A DNA stretch of 64,000 nucleotides from Clostridiales bacterium UBA1770 (GCA_002315325.1 DCGU01000020.1:84-64083); one strand, 5' to 3'. Counted from the stretch's first letter, positions 43,165 through 52,345 are shown. Notes: a model not told the origin generated them from the sequence alone. A program made the numbers and translations.

Positions 43165-45447
43165 CTACGGTGTAACGGACACGCTAATATCCGCATCCGA
43201 ATCGTCATCATTTAAATATAGGAAATTCACGGTAACAGCCGCACCGGGTGCGACGTATTCACCGGCAGCGGGCGTTTGTGATACGGCAACCGCTTCCGTC
43301 CCGTACAAATAGCTGTTGGTCCCCTTGATGAGAACGTTGAGATTGGCATTCACCAGCGTTTGATGGGCGGCTGCGGCCGTCATGCCCAACAAATTGGGGA
43401 CCTGTACGGTTGCTTCCGGTCTTTCATTGCCGCAGTAGAAATACAAAACGGCGGCGTCTTTTTCCACAGCGGCTCCGGCTGCGGGAGATTGTGCCATTAC
43501 GTACTTTCCTTCCCCGATGACCTCCACACGGAAGCCGGCGGTTTCGGCGTAGGCAACGGCAGTTTCGGTGCCCCAGTAACAATAGGACGGAACGGTAACC
43601 GCCAAACGGCTCGTTTCCTTTTCCGTATAAACGGCTTCCACGCCGAGATAAGGCAAAATCAATTCCATAACGTTTGAAACGTAGGGCGCGGCAGCGGCGC
43701 TGCCGTACAACGTTCCCAACGTCGGTTCATCAACCACAATGATGCAGGCGTACTGCGGATTGTCTGCGGGCGCATACGCCACGCAGGAACAGATATACGC
43801 ATCGGCTTTATCACCGATTTTTTCCGAGGTGCCGGTTTTCGCAGCAATGCGGAACCCGGCGACGTAAGCGTTTCTGGCACCGCCGTTTCCGGCAACGCCC
43901 TCCTCCAAAACGGCCGTAACCGTCCTGCAGGTTTCCTCACTGATCACCTGGACTTTTTTCTGTGTTTGGTAGGTATAAACGCGGTTGCCGTCGGTGTCTT
44001 CCAACCCCTCGATTAAGTGCGGGGTAACGAGATAGCCGCCGTTTGCCACAGCGGCAATGGCCGTGATTTGGGCCAGCGGCGTCACCTTGAAGTTCTGACC
44101 GAACGACGAAGTGGCAAGGTTCAATTTGGTAAAGTCGGAACGGTTGTAGAAGATACCGACCGCCTCACCAGGCAAATCAATACCCGTTCGTTCCAAATAA
44201 CCGAAAGAAGCAAAATAATCGTAAAAAACATCTGTGCCGAGCCGCAGACCGACCGTCATTAAGATGGGGTTGCAGGACTGCTGCAGGCCTTGGGCAAACG
44301 TCAATTTGCCGTGCCCGCGCGTTTCGTGGCATCGAATGGTAATCCCGTTGACTTTCAGATATCCGGGGCAATAGAAGGTCTCGGATAAGTCAACCAGCTT
44401 TTCTTCCAAAGCCATGGATGACGTAATCACCTTGAAGGTAGAACCGGGGATGTAGGGCTCGGTAATGGTTTTGTTGGACCACATCTCGGTTAAAAGTTCG
44501 GTACGCCTTTTTTCGTAGGCATCCGTATCGGACGTTAAACCGGAAGTCGACAGCACGGCGGATAATTCGTCGTTCAGGGCCCAGGGAGAATTCAAATCGA
44601 AATCGGGATACGTTGCCATGGCTAATATGGCACCGGTATTGACGTCCATAACGATACCGCATACGCGATTTTCCGCGCCGGTATTTTTCCATGCCTCATA
44701 CAGCTGCTGTTCCAGCACCTGCTGTACGTAGACCTTCAGCGTGGAAACGAGCGTCAACCCGTCTTCCTTTTGATACACTTGATCAAAATCGTAAAGCAAA
44801 TCGTTGCCGCGGGAGTCGCTGGCATAAATCGTTTGTCCCGATTTGCCGGACAATTCATCGTTATAGTAGTTTTCAAGGCCGTATAAACCCACGCCCGCAC
44901 TGTTGGTGAAACCCAAAACGTGAGACGCAAGACTGCCGTACGGATAGTAGCGGGTTGAACTTTCGTCCAGATAAATCATGCGGGAAAGTCCGTATTCCGC
45001 AATCAAATCCGTTAAAATATCGGCTTTTTCCTGCGAAACGTTTTTGGCAATCGTTCTATCGTAATACGCGGCGTATTCGTCAATTTGTTCCAGTACGAAA
45101 GCGGCATCCACGGAAAGTGTTTCCGAAAGAACGTCGCAGACCAAAAGGCTGCGTGACCGGTCCCCTTCTTTTTCATCCGCTGCCAAAACGTCAACGGGAG
45201 AGATAAAGACGCGGTACGTTGTCACGGAAGTTGCCAACGTAATGCCGTCGGCATCCTTGATACTGCCCCGCTCTGCCAAGTCGCTTGACCTTGTCGTCAA
45301 CTGTTGTGTCACCTTAGCACGATACGATTCATAATCGGTCGTTTGAATGACGACCACGCGGATAAACAGCAAAACAAAGGCAAACACCAATACCGATCCG
45401 ACAAGGCCGGCACGTCCTTTTACCTTTGCTGCCAAATAACGCATCAT
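43165..45447 (-). CDS. class B penicillin-binding protein (FtsI/PBP2B-like) with two C-terminal PASTA domains
   Basis: It has an N-terminal TM and the transpeptidase motifs STFK (PGSTFKV), SCN and KTGT (AAKTGTSE). Two PASTA-like repeats are present (VTVPSYCYWGTETAVAYAE..., VQVPNLLGMTAAAAHQTL...). Confidence 0.9.
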   Translation of the reverse strand: MMRYLAAKVKGRAGLVGSVLVFAFVLLFIRVVVIQTTDYESYRAKVTQQLTTRSSDLAERGSIKDADGITLATSVTTYRVFISPVDVLAADEKEGDRSRSLLVCDVLSETLSVDAAFVLEQIDEYAAYYDRTIAKNVSQEKADILTDLIAEYGLSRMIYLDESSTRYYPYGSLASHVLGFTNSAGVGLYGLENYYNDELSGKSGQTIYASDSRGNDLLYDFDQVYQKEDGLTLVSTLKVYVQQVLEQQLYEAWKNTGAENRVCGIVMDVNTGAILAMATYPDFDLNSPWALNDELSAVLSTSGLTSDTDAYEKRRTELLTEMWSNKTITEPYIPGSTFKVITSSMALEEKLVDLSETFYCPGYLKVNGITIRCHETRGHGKLTFAQGLQQSCNPILMTVGLRLGTDVFYDYFASFGYLERTGIDLPGEAVGIFYNRSDFTKLNLATSSFGQNFKVTPLAQITAIAAVANGGYLVTPHLIEGLEDTDGNRVYTYQTQKKVQVISEETCRTVTAVLEEGVAGNGGARNAYVAGFRIAAKTGTSEKIGDKADAYICSCVAYAPADNPQYACIIVVDEPTLGTLYGSAAAAPYVSNVMELILPYLGVEAVYTEKETSRLAVTVPSYCYWGTETAVAYAETAGFRVEVIGEGKYVMAQSPAAGAAVEKDAAVLYFYCGNERPEATVQVPNLLGMTAAAAHQTLVNANLNVLIKGTNSYLYGTEAVAVSQTPAAGEYVAPGAAVTVNFLYLNDDDSDADISVSVTP

Positions 45448-45461
45448 CTATTTTTAAAGAA

Positions 45462-45914
45462 TCAACGTGCTGTGTTTGCCGTGACGTGCTCGTCTTCCGC
45501 ACGGTAAGATTCCAAACCGTTTGCACCGCGCACGTTCAAATAGCGGGCTGATACGTATTCTTCATTAATCATACCGTACTCGTTTACAGCAATATTACGA
45601 ATGGCAAGAAGGTCAATTCTGTCATTCAGATCCAGGTTCAAATCCTTTTGCTCTGCCGTCAGAAAATCAAGTTCCGACTGCAGTGCCATAGCCTCGCGGT
45701 AGGTGTTGCTTAACAATGCCGAGCTGCCGACAATCATCAAAAGAGATAAACCGATGGTCAACAGACACATTACCAACGGCAGCGGCATACGTACGTGTAC
45801 TTTTTCGGTACGCGTTTCCTTTTCAATCGGGAACCACGCGCCCGTCAAACGGCGAACAAATCCGGCTGTTTTTTTGTTTTTCAGAGTTGTCTTGTTGTCG
45901 TGTTGATTTGTCAT
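45462..45914 (-). CDS. ftsL: FtsL-like septation protein (single-pass, coiled-coil)
   Basis: 150 aa with one TM (LVMCLLTIGLSLLMIVG) followed by a coiled-coil-like segment. It occupies the canonical slot between rsmH and the PBP gene. The call is positional. Confidence 0.5.
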   Translation of the reverse strand: MTNQHDNKTTLKNKKTAGFVRRLTGAWFPIEKETRTEKVHVRMPLPLVMCLLTIGLSLLMIVGSSALLSNTYREAMALQSELDFLTAEQKDLNLDLNDRIDLLAIRNIAVNEYGMINEEYVSARYLNVRGANGLESYRAEDEHVTANTAR

Positions 45915-45942
45915 AACCGTTCTCCTTTTTCGTTCCGTAATT

Positions 45943-46899
45943 TTATGGTGTTATTTGCTTGAGCTTTTCCGCCACGCGCAACTTGGCGCTTCGAGCTCTG
46001 GGGTTTTCCGCCGTTTCACCGTCGGACGGTAAAATCGGCTTGCGATTCACGAGTTCAACAACGGGCCTTCGACCGCAAACGCAGACCGGCAGGTCGCGCG
46101 GGCAGGTACATCCCTGCGCCAAATCGGCAAATACCTGTTTTGTTACTCTGTCTTCCAAAGAATGGAACGTGATAATGGCGACACGTCCGCCCGGCTTCAG
46201 AACAGCCACGGCGCTTCGGATGGCGGGTTCAATCACGTCAAGTTCGTGATTGACTTCAATTCGAATGGCCTGAAACGTTCGTTTCGCAGGGTGATGCGGG
46301 CCGGCAAGCGCTGCCGCCGGCAATGCTTTTTTAATCACGTTGACCAATTGCCCGGTCGTTTCAATCGGCGCCTCATTGCGGGCCGTCACGATACCGCGGG
46401 CAATACGGGGGGCGAACTTCTCTTCCCCGTAGTCAAATATAATATTCTTTAACTTGTTTTCATCGTAAGTGTTGACGACGTCCCGTGCGGAAAAACCGCT
46501 GCGGATATCCATCCGCATATCAAGGGGCGCGTCTGCCATATAGGAGAACCCGCGCTCGGCAGTATCCAATTGATAAGAAGATACCCCAAGGTCGAGCAGC
46601 ATTCCGTCAATGGCGGAAATGCCGAGTGAGCGAAGCACGTCGCCGACCCGGCAAAAGTTTTCACGCACAACCATTGCCCTGTCGCCAAAGACAGACAAAC
46701 GTTGTGTCGCGGTACGAACGGCGTCCTCATCCTGGTCAAGAGCGATGAGCTTACCGGTCGTTAGGCGGGATGCAATGGCCGATGAATGACCGGCGCCGCC
46801 GGCAGTCCCGTCCACGTAAATCCCGTCCGGTTTAATTGCCAGTCCGTCCAGGCATTCGTTCAGGAGGACCGACTTGTGGGAAAACACAATTTCTTCCAT
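45943..46899 (-). CDS. rsmH: 16S rRNA (cytosine1402-N4)-methyltransferase
   Basis: It carries HKSVLLNECLDGL...YVDGTAGGAGHS...DLGVSSYQLD...FHSLEDR. The start is the ATG at 46899 (the track extends to 46944). Confidence 0.95.
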   Translation of the reverse strand: MEEIVFSHKSVLLNECLDGLAIKPDGIYVDGTAGGAGHSSAIASRLTTGKLIALDQDEDAVRTATQRLSVFGDRAMVVRENFCRVGDVLRSLGISAIDGMLLDLGVSSYQLDTAERGFSYMADAPLDMRMDIRSGFSARDVVNTYDENKLKNIIFDYGEEKFAPRIARGIVTARNEAPIETTGQLVNVIKKALPAAALAGPHHPAKRTFQAIRIEVNHELDVIEPAIRSAVAVLKPGGRVAIITFHSLEDRVTKQVFADLAQGCTCPRDLPVCVCGRRPVVELVNRKPILPSDGETAENPRARSAKLRVAEKLKQITP

Positions 46900-46913
46900 A
46901 TTAATAGAAGCGG

Positions 46914-47339
46914 TTACAGACCGACAGATTCGAGAATCGCACACAATTCGTCGAGACTCGTTTGTTGCTTTTGGTCATCGTAAATCGTTTCATTCCATAT
47001 TTCGGCGTAGTCGCCGCATCCGACAACCACGGCTTCTTTGGCAATGCCGGCGAAGGCCACCAGTTCAGGCGTGATAACGACACGTCCCTGCGCATCGGGG
47101 GTGACCTGCGCGGCACTGGCATTCAGGAGACGCAGGATCATTTCCGCTTTGCTGCGTTCCATCTGTTTGATCGGAGCTGTATAGGCATCCCACCCCTCAG
47201 TGGAATAGACCTTAATACAATGCTTAGAGTGGATATCTATGGCGAGAACCATCTTTTCGCCCAGTTCCTCTCTGAACTTTGCCGGAATGAATATGCGGTT
47301 TTTGACGTCCATCGTATGCCGAAACTCACCCAGCAACAT
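46914..47339 (-). CDS. mraZ: transcriptional regulator MraZ
   Basis: M(L)LGEFRHTMDVKNRIFIPAKFREELG plus a second DAQGRVVITPEL repeat match MraZ. The start is the ATG at 47339, 8 nt after an AAGGAG SD. The 211-aa track ORF is an upstream extension. Confidence 0.9.
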   Translation of the reverse strand: MLLGEFRHTMDVKNRIFIPAKFREELGEKMVLAIDIHSKHCIKVYSTEGWDAYTAPIKQMERSKAEMILRLLNASAAQVTPDAQGRVVITPELVAFAGIAKEAVVVGCGDYAEIWNETIYDDQKQQTSLDELCAILESVGL

Positions 47340-47390
47340 AAGCATAACTCCTTCTTTTGAAATCCTTGGGATAAATGGCTTGGGGTTTGT

Positions 47391-47420
47391 CCCCCATTTT
47401 CCACCACTTTGCTCCACTTT
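47391..47420 (-). promoter_or_regulatory. Three 10-bp-phased direct repeats (AAAGTGGAGC AAAGTGGTGG AAAATGGGGG), candidate MraZ boxes
   Basis: Read on the minus strand, immediately downstream of the -10 element of the dcw promoter. The GTGG/TGGG core at 10-bp spacing resembles the MraZ operators described in E. coli and Bacillus. Confidence 0.55.
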
Positions 47421-47429
47421 TGTGAAATC

Positions 47430-47458
47430 ATTATACAATAAGGCCGAAAAAAATGCAA
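47430..47458 (-). promoter_or_regulatory. dcw (mraZ) promoter TTGCAT-17 nt-TATAAT
   Basis: On the minus strand, -35 is at 47458-47453 and -10 at 47435-47430. Confidence 0.55.
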
Positions 47459-47538
47459 TACCCTTTCCGATATTTTTTTGCGATTTATTCAAAATAAATT
47501 TACAATTGCAAAAGTGCCCTGTTCCGCACAGTGTTTTC

Positions 47539-47567
47539 TTGACATTCAACCGCCGTCGTGATAAAAT
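47539..47567 (+). promoter_or_regulatory. Divergent promoter TTGACA-17 nt-TAAAAT
   Basis: -35 is at 47539-47544 and -10 at 47562-47567, about 55 nt upstream of the ATG at 47624. Confidence 0.5.
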
Positions 47568-47623
47568 GACTTAACCGTCAAAAGGTGATTTTGCCGGCTA
47601 ATTACCCCCGGGAGGTATAAGCT

Positions 47624-48307
47624 ATGAATTTTTCACTGCAATCTATCCTTGATTTTATTCGCGGCCAAATTGAGCAAAGCGAACAAGCAGGCGCCTTGAT
47701 TTCTTACCTGTCGGCACACCCGCTGACAATGATGATTATCATCCTGGCAGCCGGTGTTCTGACCTGCTTTTTCGGGTACAAGTTCTTCCGTTTGATTACC
47801 GCACTTTGCGGTGCCGCCGTCGGTGCTTTCATCGGCTTTTTGATTTCCAACCTGCTGAGCAAAAAAATAGAAAATATGGATGCCCGCATTTCTTTGGGCA
47901 TTATCATCGTCTTAGGACTGATCGGTTTGTTCTCTGCCTTCAAATTGGTTAAATCCGGCATTTTTGCCGCCTGTGCCTATTTAACGTATCGTTTCATTGC
48001 ACCGTTGTGCGCCGGTATCATTTCCGGGTTTGTACAGGAGAAAACCGGCTTCTACGTTTCCGTCATGGTCGTTTCCGTTGTTTTGGGTGTCATCGCCGGT
48101 TTGCTCTCTTTGATTTTGACAAAGCTCACCCTAACCGTCTGCACGGCAGTCGGCGGCGGTTACATTGTTGCCGAGTACGCTTCCCTGATTGCACTTTCAT
48201 CGGAGATCACGCAAACGATAAACAATACGGTCGTTTATATTATCGCCGCCGTATTAGCGCTGCTCGGTTTGCTCGTTCAGTTCAAAATCAATGCCAAATC
48301 AAAATAA
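47624..48307 (+). CDS. polytopic membrane protein of unknown function (DUF4203-like)
   Basis: 227 aa with about 7 hydrophobic helices and a GGGAGG SD before the ATG. No catalytic motif was recognised. Confidence 0.6.
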   Translation: MNFSLQSILDFIRGQIEQSEQAGALISYLSAHPLTMMIIILAAGVLTCFFGYKFFRLITALCGAAVGAFIGFLISNLLSKKIENMDARISLGIIIVLGLIGLFSAFKLVKSGIFAACAYLTYRFIAPLCAGIISGFVQEKTGFYVSVMVVSVVLGVIAGLLSLILTKLTLTVCTAVGGGYIVAEYASLIALSSEITQTINNTVVYIIAAVLALLGLLVQFKINAKSK

Positions 48308-48341
48308 TACAAATATTAACTATTAAAAGAAGGTTATTGCT

Positions 48342-49223
48342 ATGATTTACACTATTTCCAACGAAAAAATGACAGTTCAAATCAACAGCACCGGCGCACA
48401 GTTGTGGTCCGTCAAATCCAACTGCGATGGTTGCGAATATTTGTGGCAGGGCGATCCCGCATTCTGGAGCATGCGTGCCACGGTATTATTCCCCATTTGC
48501 GGCCGACTGTTCGGCGGCAAGTATACCTGGGAGGGCAAAGAATACGAGATGGTGCTGCACGGCATCGTAAAGAATGCGGAATTTGAAATGGTTGCGCAGT
48601 CCGAAACGGCAATTACGTTTGAAAAGAAAGCCGACGACGAAACAAAGGCCATCTATCCCTTTGATTTCACCTTCCGTCTGACCTATTCGTTGGACGGGCT
48701 GACGCTGCGCGAAACTGCCGAAATTATCAACACAGGCGCCGGCGTTCTCCCCTTCTCCTTCGGCGGCCATCCCGGTTTCAACGTGCCTCTCGGCGGCAAG
48801 GGCGCCTTTACGGACTACTATATGGAATTTTCCGATGCAACGGCACCGCGCCGCTTAAACTTCTCCCCCACTTGTTTCCTGTCCGGCGGGGATACGGAAT
48901 TGCCGCTGCGTGACGGCAAAATCCTCCCCCTGCGCCACGATATGTTCGATGACGATGCCATCTTCATCCGTCAAATGGCAGACAGCGTTACGCTGAAATC
49001 GGACGCCACGTCCAAGAGCGTTACGCTGACCTATCCCGGGTTCCGCTTCCTCGGTTTTTGGCACCGTCCCAAAGCCGAAGCCCCTTACGTTTGCATTGAG
49101 CCCTGGTACGGCATTCCTTCCACCGACGGTATCGTGGATGACTTTTCACACAAACAGGCCATGGACTTGCTGCCTGCAGGCGAACGCAAAGAATTATCCT
49201 TCAGCATCTCCATCACCGAATAA
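48342..49223 (+). CDS. aldose 1-epimerase family protein (LacX-like)
   Basis: It carries GAQLWSVKS...EYLWQGDPAFW...ATVLFPICGRL...LHGIV...FSFGGHPGFNVPL. Confidence 0.85.
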   Translation: MIYTISNEKMTVQINSTGAQLWSVKSNCDGCEYLWQGDPAFWSMRATVLFPICGRLFGGKYTWEGKEYEMVLHGIVKNAEFEMVAQSETAITFEKKADDETKAIYPFDFTFRLTYSLDGLTLRETAEIINTGAGVLPFSFGGHPGFNVPLGGKGAFTDYYMEFSDATAPRRLNFSPTCFLSGGDTELPLRDGKILPLRHDMFDDDAIFIRQMADSVTLKSDATSKSVTLTYPGFRFLGFWHRPKAEAPYVCIEPWYGIPSTDGIVDDFSHKQAMDLLPAGERKELSFSISITE

Positions 49224-49237
49224 CGGATAAAAAAGCG

Positions 49238-49275
49238 GCGGCACCGAACCATTCTTTCGGTGCCGCTTTTCTCTT
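49238..49275 (+). terminator. Intrinsic terminator
   Basis: GCGGCACCGAA-ccattc-TTCGGTGCCGC is followed by TTTTCTCTTT. Confidence 0.7.
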
Positions 49276-49438
49276 TGCGAAAATATGACAAAAATATGAA
49301 CGACGGGAATTGACATTTATTTTGCTTTGTGATATGCTATTAGTGTATCAGTGTGCGGAAAGAAGCCCTCAATTCTTTTCGTCGTGCATACCGTTTTGCT
49401 TTTTGCTTTTGTAATAGATATTTTTTCGGAGGACGAAA

Positions 49439-50233
49439 ATGAAGAGACTTCTTTGTTTATTATTTGCTGCTTTATTATTGGTATCATTGGTATCCTGTAA
49501 CAAACACAATGACGATGAACCCGGCAAGGATTTGCCGCCCGTTGTCGATCCTGATGACAAACAGTCCGATACGCAGCAGGACGTAACCGGCACCGATACA
49601 CCTGACACGCCCGATACGCCCGATACCCCTGACACGCCGGATACACCCGACACCCCGGATACGCCCGATACACCCTCAACGGACGTTGTTTGGACCGAAT
49701 GTGACGAAATCGTTTATATTGTCGCTGCTTCCGCATATTTGCGCACCGAACCGAGCAAGGACAATGAAGGCAACAAACTCAGCATGCCCGCCCGTCTCGG
49801 TGAAAGCTACCGCCGCGTAGCCGTCAGCGAAAACTGGAGCCGTATCATCGTCAGCATCAACGAAACCGAAACCGAAGTCTATATTGTCAATGACGCCGTC
49901 ACAACGGAAGACCTGTCCACCGATAAGTTTGAGGTGTACGCCGAGCCCGTCATTCGCTACGTTGCCGTCACTTCCCTGAACGTTCGCTCCTTCCCCACCC
50001 TGAACAACAACGCTTACTACAAAACACTGACACAAAACGATGAGATTACCGTCATCGGGTTCCGTCAGGATGCAGATATGTCCTGGTACATGATCAACCT
50101 GCAGAATGAAGACGGCAGCTTCATCACCAATGCCGACGGCAGCAACGCCGTATTCTTCGTATCCGGGCAACCCAAATACACGTCCGAAACGAAAATCGAA
50201 GTAACTCCTGCCGAATCCGGCACACAACAGTAA
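49439..50233 (+). CDS. lipoprotein with (DTP)9 linker and SH3-like repeats
   Basis: The signal peptide and lipobox read MKRLLCLLFAALLLVSLVSC. Nine DTP triplets follow, then two segments of SH3_3-like character (YLRTEPS..., LNVRSFPT...). Confidence 0.7.
   Translation: MKRLLCLLFAALLLVSLVSCNKHNDDEPGKDLPPVVDPDDKQSDTQQDVTGTDTPDTPDTPDTPDTPDTPDTPDTPDTPSTDVVWTECDEIVYIVAASAYLRTEPSKDNEGNKLSMPARLGESYRRVAVSENWSRIIVSINETETEVYIVNDAVTTEDLSTDKFEVYAEPVIRYVAVTSLNVRSFPTLNNNAYYKTLTQNDEITVIGFRQDADMSWYMINLQNEDGSFITNADGSNAVFFVSGQPKYTSETKIEVTPAESGTQQ
49595..49675 (+). repeat. 9 x 9-nt tandem repeat encoding (DTP)9
   Basis: GAT ACN CCN x9, with synonymous variation between units. Confidence 0.85.
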
Positions 50234-50246
50234 TCATTTATCATTG

Positions 50247-50277
50247 AAAAAGACGGCCGCTGCGCGGCCGTCTTTTC
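50247..50277. terminator. Bidirectional terminator
   Basis: AAAAA-GACGGCCGC-tgc-GCGGCCGTC-TTTT lies between convergent genes. Confidence 0.7.
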
Positions 50278-50832
50278 TTATATTTTGATATGCATTTTTT
50301 TACGCCAAACGTGCAGATACACACGGATGAGCCGCGTTGCGGCGATATCGTAGATGACGAACGTCGGGTTGCCGACGGCGAATAAAACGGCCGTCATTTT
50401 GCCGCCCCATGCGTCCTCCATACCGAGAAACTTGATACAGACAAATAAGGTCAGCGCCAGTGCCGCGTTAAAAACAACGATTTTTAAGGCCCAAGAGATA
50501 ACTTTATTGCATTTTTCAAATAGATTTTTCAACATGGGATAGTAGCCTGCCAACAGCAAATAGAGAACGGCAGGCGCTTTTGCCGGCAATAAAAGCAGCG
50601 ATACGGTTGCCGTGACTGCCCACATCACCCACGGGTAAAAACTGCCCAATTCAATCACCGCCCACACGTTGACAAAGCCGGCCAGCGCCGCAGCGGAGAT
50701 ATCCAATACGTCGAGCAATGCGCCGAGATACAGGATGACAATTTGCAAAGCGCAGCCGACCGAGGCATATGCCAGACGCCGTGTTGCCGCACGTTGCGCG
50801 TCAATCGGCCGCATTTCGTTTTTCGGTGCCAT
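50278..50832 (-). CDS. membrane protein of unknown function
   Basis: 184 aa with about 5 hydrophobic helices. It starts 10 nt downstream of the J-domain gene, so it is probably in the same operon. Confidence 0.55.
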   Translation of the reverse strand: MAPKNEMRPIDAQRAATRRLAYASVGCALQIVILYLGALLDVLDISAAALAGFVNVWAVIELGSFYPWVMWAVTATVSLLLLPAKAPAVLYLLLAGYYPMLKNLFEKCNKVISWALKIVVFNAALALTLFVCIKFLGMEDAWGGKMTAVLFAVGNPTFVIYDIAATRLIRVYLHVWRKKMHIKI

Positions 50833-50842
50833 AATCGTTCCG

Positions 50843-51469
50843 TCAGCAGCAGCGAATCAGGTCGCCGCCCATACACTCACAACAGCAGTCGGCCACCATC
50901 AGGCCCGTGCAGAAATCACAACCGGAACAACCGGAAGACTGTGCATCGCCGTAAGCCGAACGATACGCCGCATTGTTTTGCGTCCGCAACCAATCACGCG
51001 CAGAACTGTATTCCCTATTATAGGGATCCATACGGCAGGCCGTGTCATAGAATTTCATGGCATCGGCATAACGGCCGCGTTGCATCATCAAAACGCCCAT
51101 CAAATAATACCATTCACTGCTTCTGTCCGCATCACAGACGGCACGCAGCGCCTGCTCGGCGTCGTCTAACCGACCTGCATTCAGATTCATGCGGACCGAC
51201 GCATAGGCGGTATCCCCATCCTCGTTTGTATGATACCCGCCGTTATCAAAACTGCCGCTGCTGCTGCCCTGTTTGGCATCGGCACGCATTTTTTGAATTT
51301 CATCGTAGGCGGCGTTGATTTTTTTCATTTTTTCTTCGGCCAGTTCACGCATATCGTTATCGGTGAACTTATCCGGATGATACTTTCGTGCCAGTTCACG
51401 ATACGCTTTTTTAATTTCTTCGTCATCCGCTTCCGGACTGACGCCGAGAATTTTATACGGTGATTCCAC
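50843..51469 (-). CDS. J-domain protein with TPR-like middle and Cys-rich C-terminal tail
   Basis: [31 protein letters not shown] is a canonical J domain with HPD. The tail [29 protein letters not shown] has 9 Cys in 29 aa. Confidence 0.85.
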   Translation of the reverse strand: MESPYKILGVSPEADDEEIKKAYRELARKYHPDKFTDNDMRELAEEKMKKINAAYDEIQKMRADAKQGSSSGSFDNGGYHTNEDGDTAYASVRMNLNAGRLDDAEQALRAVCDADRSSEWYYLMGVLMMQRGRYADAMKFYDTACRMDPYNREYSSARDWLRTQNNAAYRSAYGDAQSSGCSGCDFCTGLMVADCCCECMGGDLIRCC

Positions 51470-51484
51470 GTTATTGCCTCCCCA

Positions 51485-52345
51485 TTATTTTTTGGGCGCC
51501 GTTACGCGCACAACAGCATCGGGCATCCCCCGCTGTACAACGTTTTGCACGATGCGCTCCAGGTCCTGCCGCCCGTCAAAATCAATCAAATCAACGGCCT
51601 GCTGCAAAGCTAATATTTCCCCCTGCATGCCGACCTTGACGTGTTCAAAAATCGTATCCCTGTCGGCATCCCCCGCATCGGGATAGACGACACGCAACGG
51701 GTTAAACCGGTCAGCCGCCCTGTCCTTTTCCCAATCGTCAAGCGCATCAAGCATATCGACCAGCTTGCCGACGTGATACCCGATATTACCGCACAGCCGC
51801 GCAGCACTGCCCTCCAGACCGTTTTCAAACAACAGCCGCAACATTTGCCCGCACAAATCGGCATGCGCGTCAACCGTTGCACTGCCGTCCGTTTCCATTT
51901 CGGCCAGCCGTGCCGTAAGCGCTTCCAAAGCGGCGTACAATTCCGGATATCGTTTGACGGAACGGCGGGTCCCGCCGAACCAAACGCGCGCCATTCCGGC
52001 TGCAGCACGGCGGACACCGTGTTCGTCATGGCAGTCATCCCGGCATTTTAACCCGGTGAGCAATCCGGCGCAATCGGCACAGTACTGCATCTCAGGGCCC
52101 GCGACAACAAACGTCTTATTCTTCAAAGGGTGTGCCGGGCATCTTCGCTTGGCAAACGTCGGGCGTTCCCCGCTCACCGCCATGCGAACAGCCGCCATAA
52201 AGACAAAATCGTAGGAAAGCGCCATGCGCGACCGCTGGCCGGTGCGTTTGCCCATAGAACGGCAAAGGCCGCAATAGAGCGCCGAATAATATTCATCGTC
52301 CTTGACAAGCAGGTCTGCCCTGCGCACACGAACGTACCCGAACAC
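51485..52345 (-). CDS. Cys-rich hypothetical protein (resembles DUF5685 family from memory)
   Basis: A GTG start at 52345 follows an AAAGGAGG SD. FGYVRVRRADLLVKDDEYYSALYCGLCRSMGKRTGQRSRMALSYDFVF is present, with additional CPAH, CADC and CRDDCHDEH motifs. Confidence 0.6.
   Translation of the reverse strand: MFGYVRVRRADLLVKDDEYYSALYCGLCRSMGKRTGQRSRMALSYDFVFMAAVRMAVSGERPTFAKRRCPAHPLKNKTFVVAGPEMQYCADCAGLLTGLKCRDDCHDEHGVRRAAAGMARVWFGGTRRSVKRYPELYAALEALTARLAEMETDGSATVDAHADLCGQMLRLLFENGLEGSAARLCGNIGYHVGKLVDMLDALDDWEKDRAADRFNPLRVVYPDAGDADRDTIFEHVKVGMQGEILALQQAVDLIDFDGRQDLERIVQNVVQRGMPDAVVRVTAPKK

Noticed and set aside
49369-49653. 94-aa (SGV)n ORF on the minus strand, and the 139-aa ORF 49317-49736
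   Set aside because: They are antisense to the (DTP)9 repeat of the lipoprotein gene, which has a signal peptide and lipobox.
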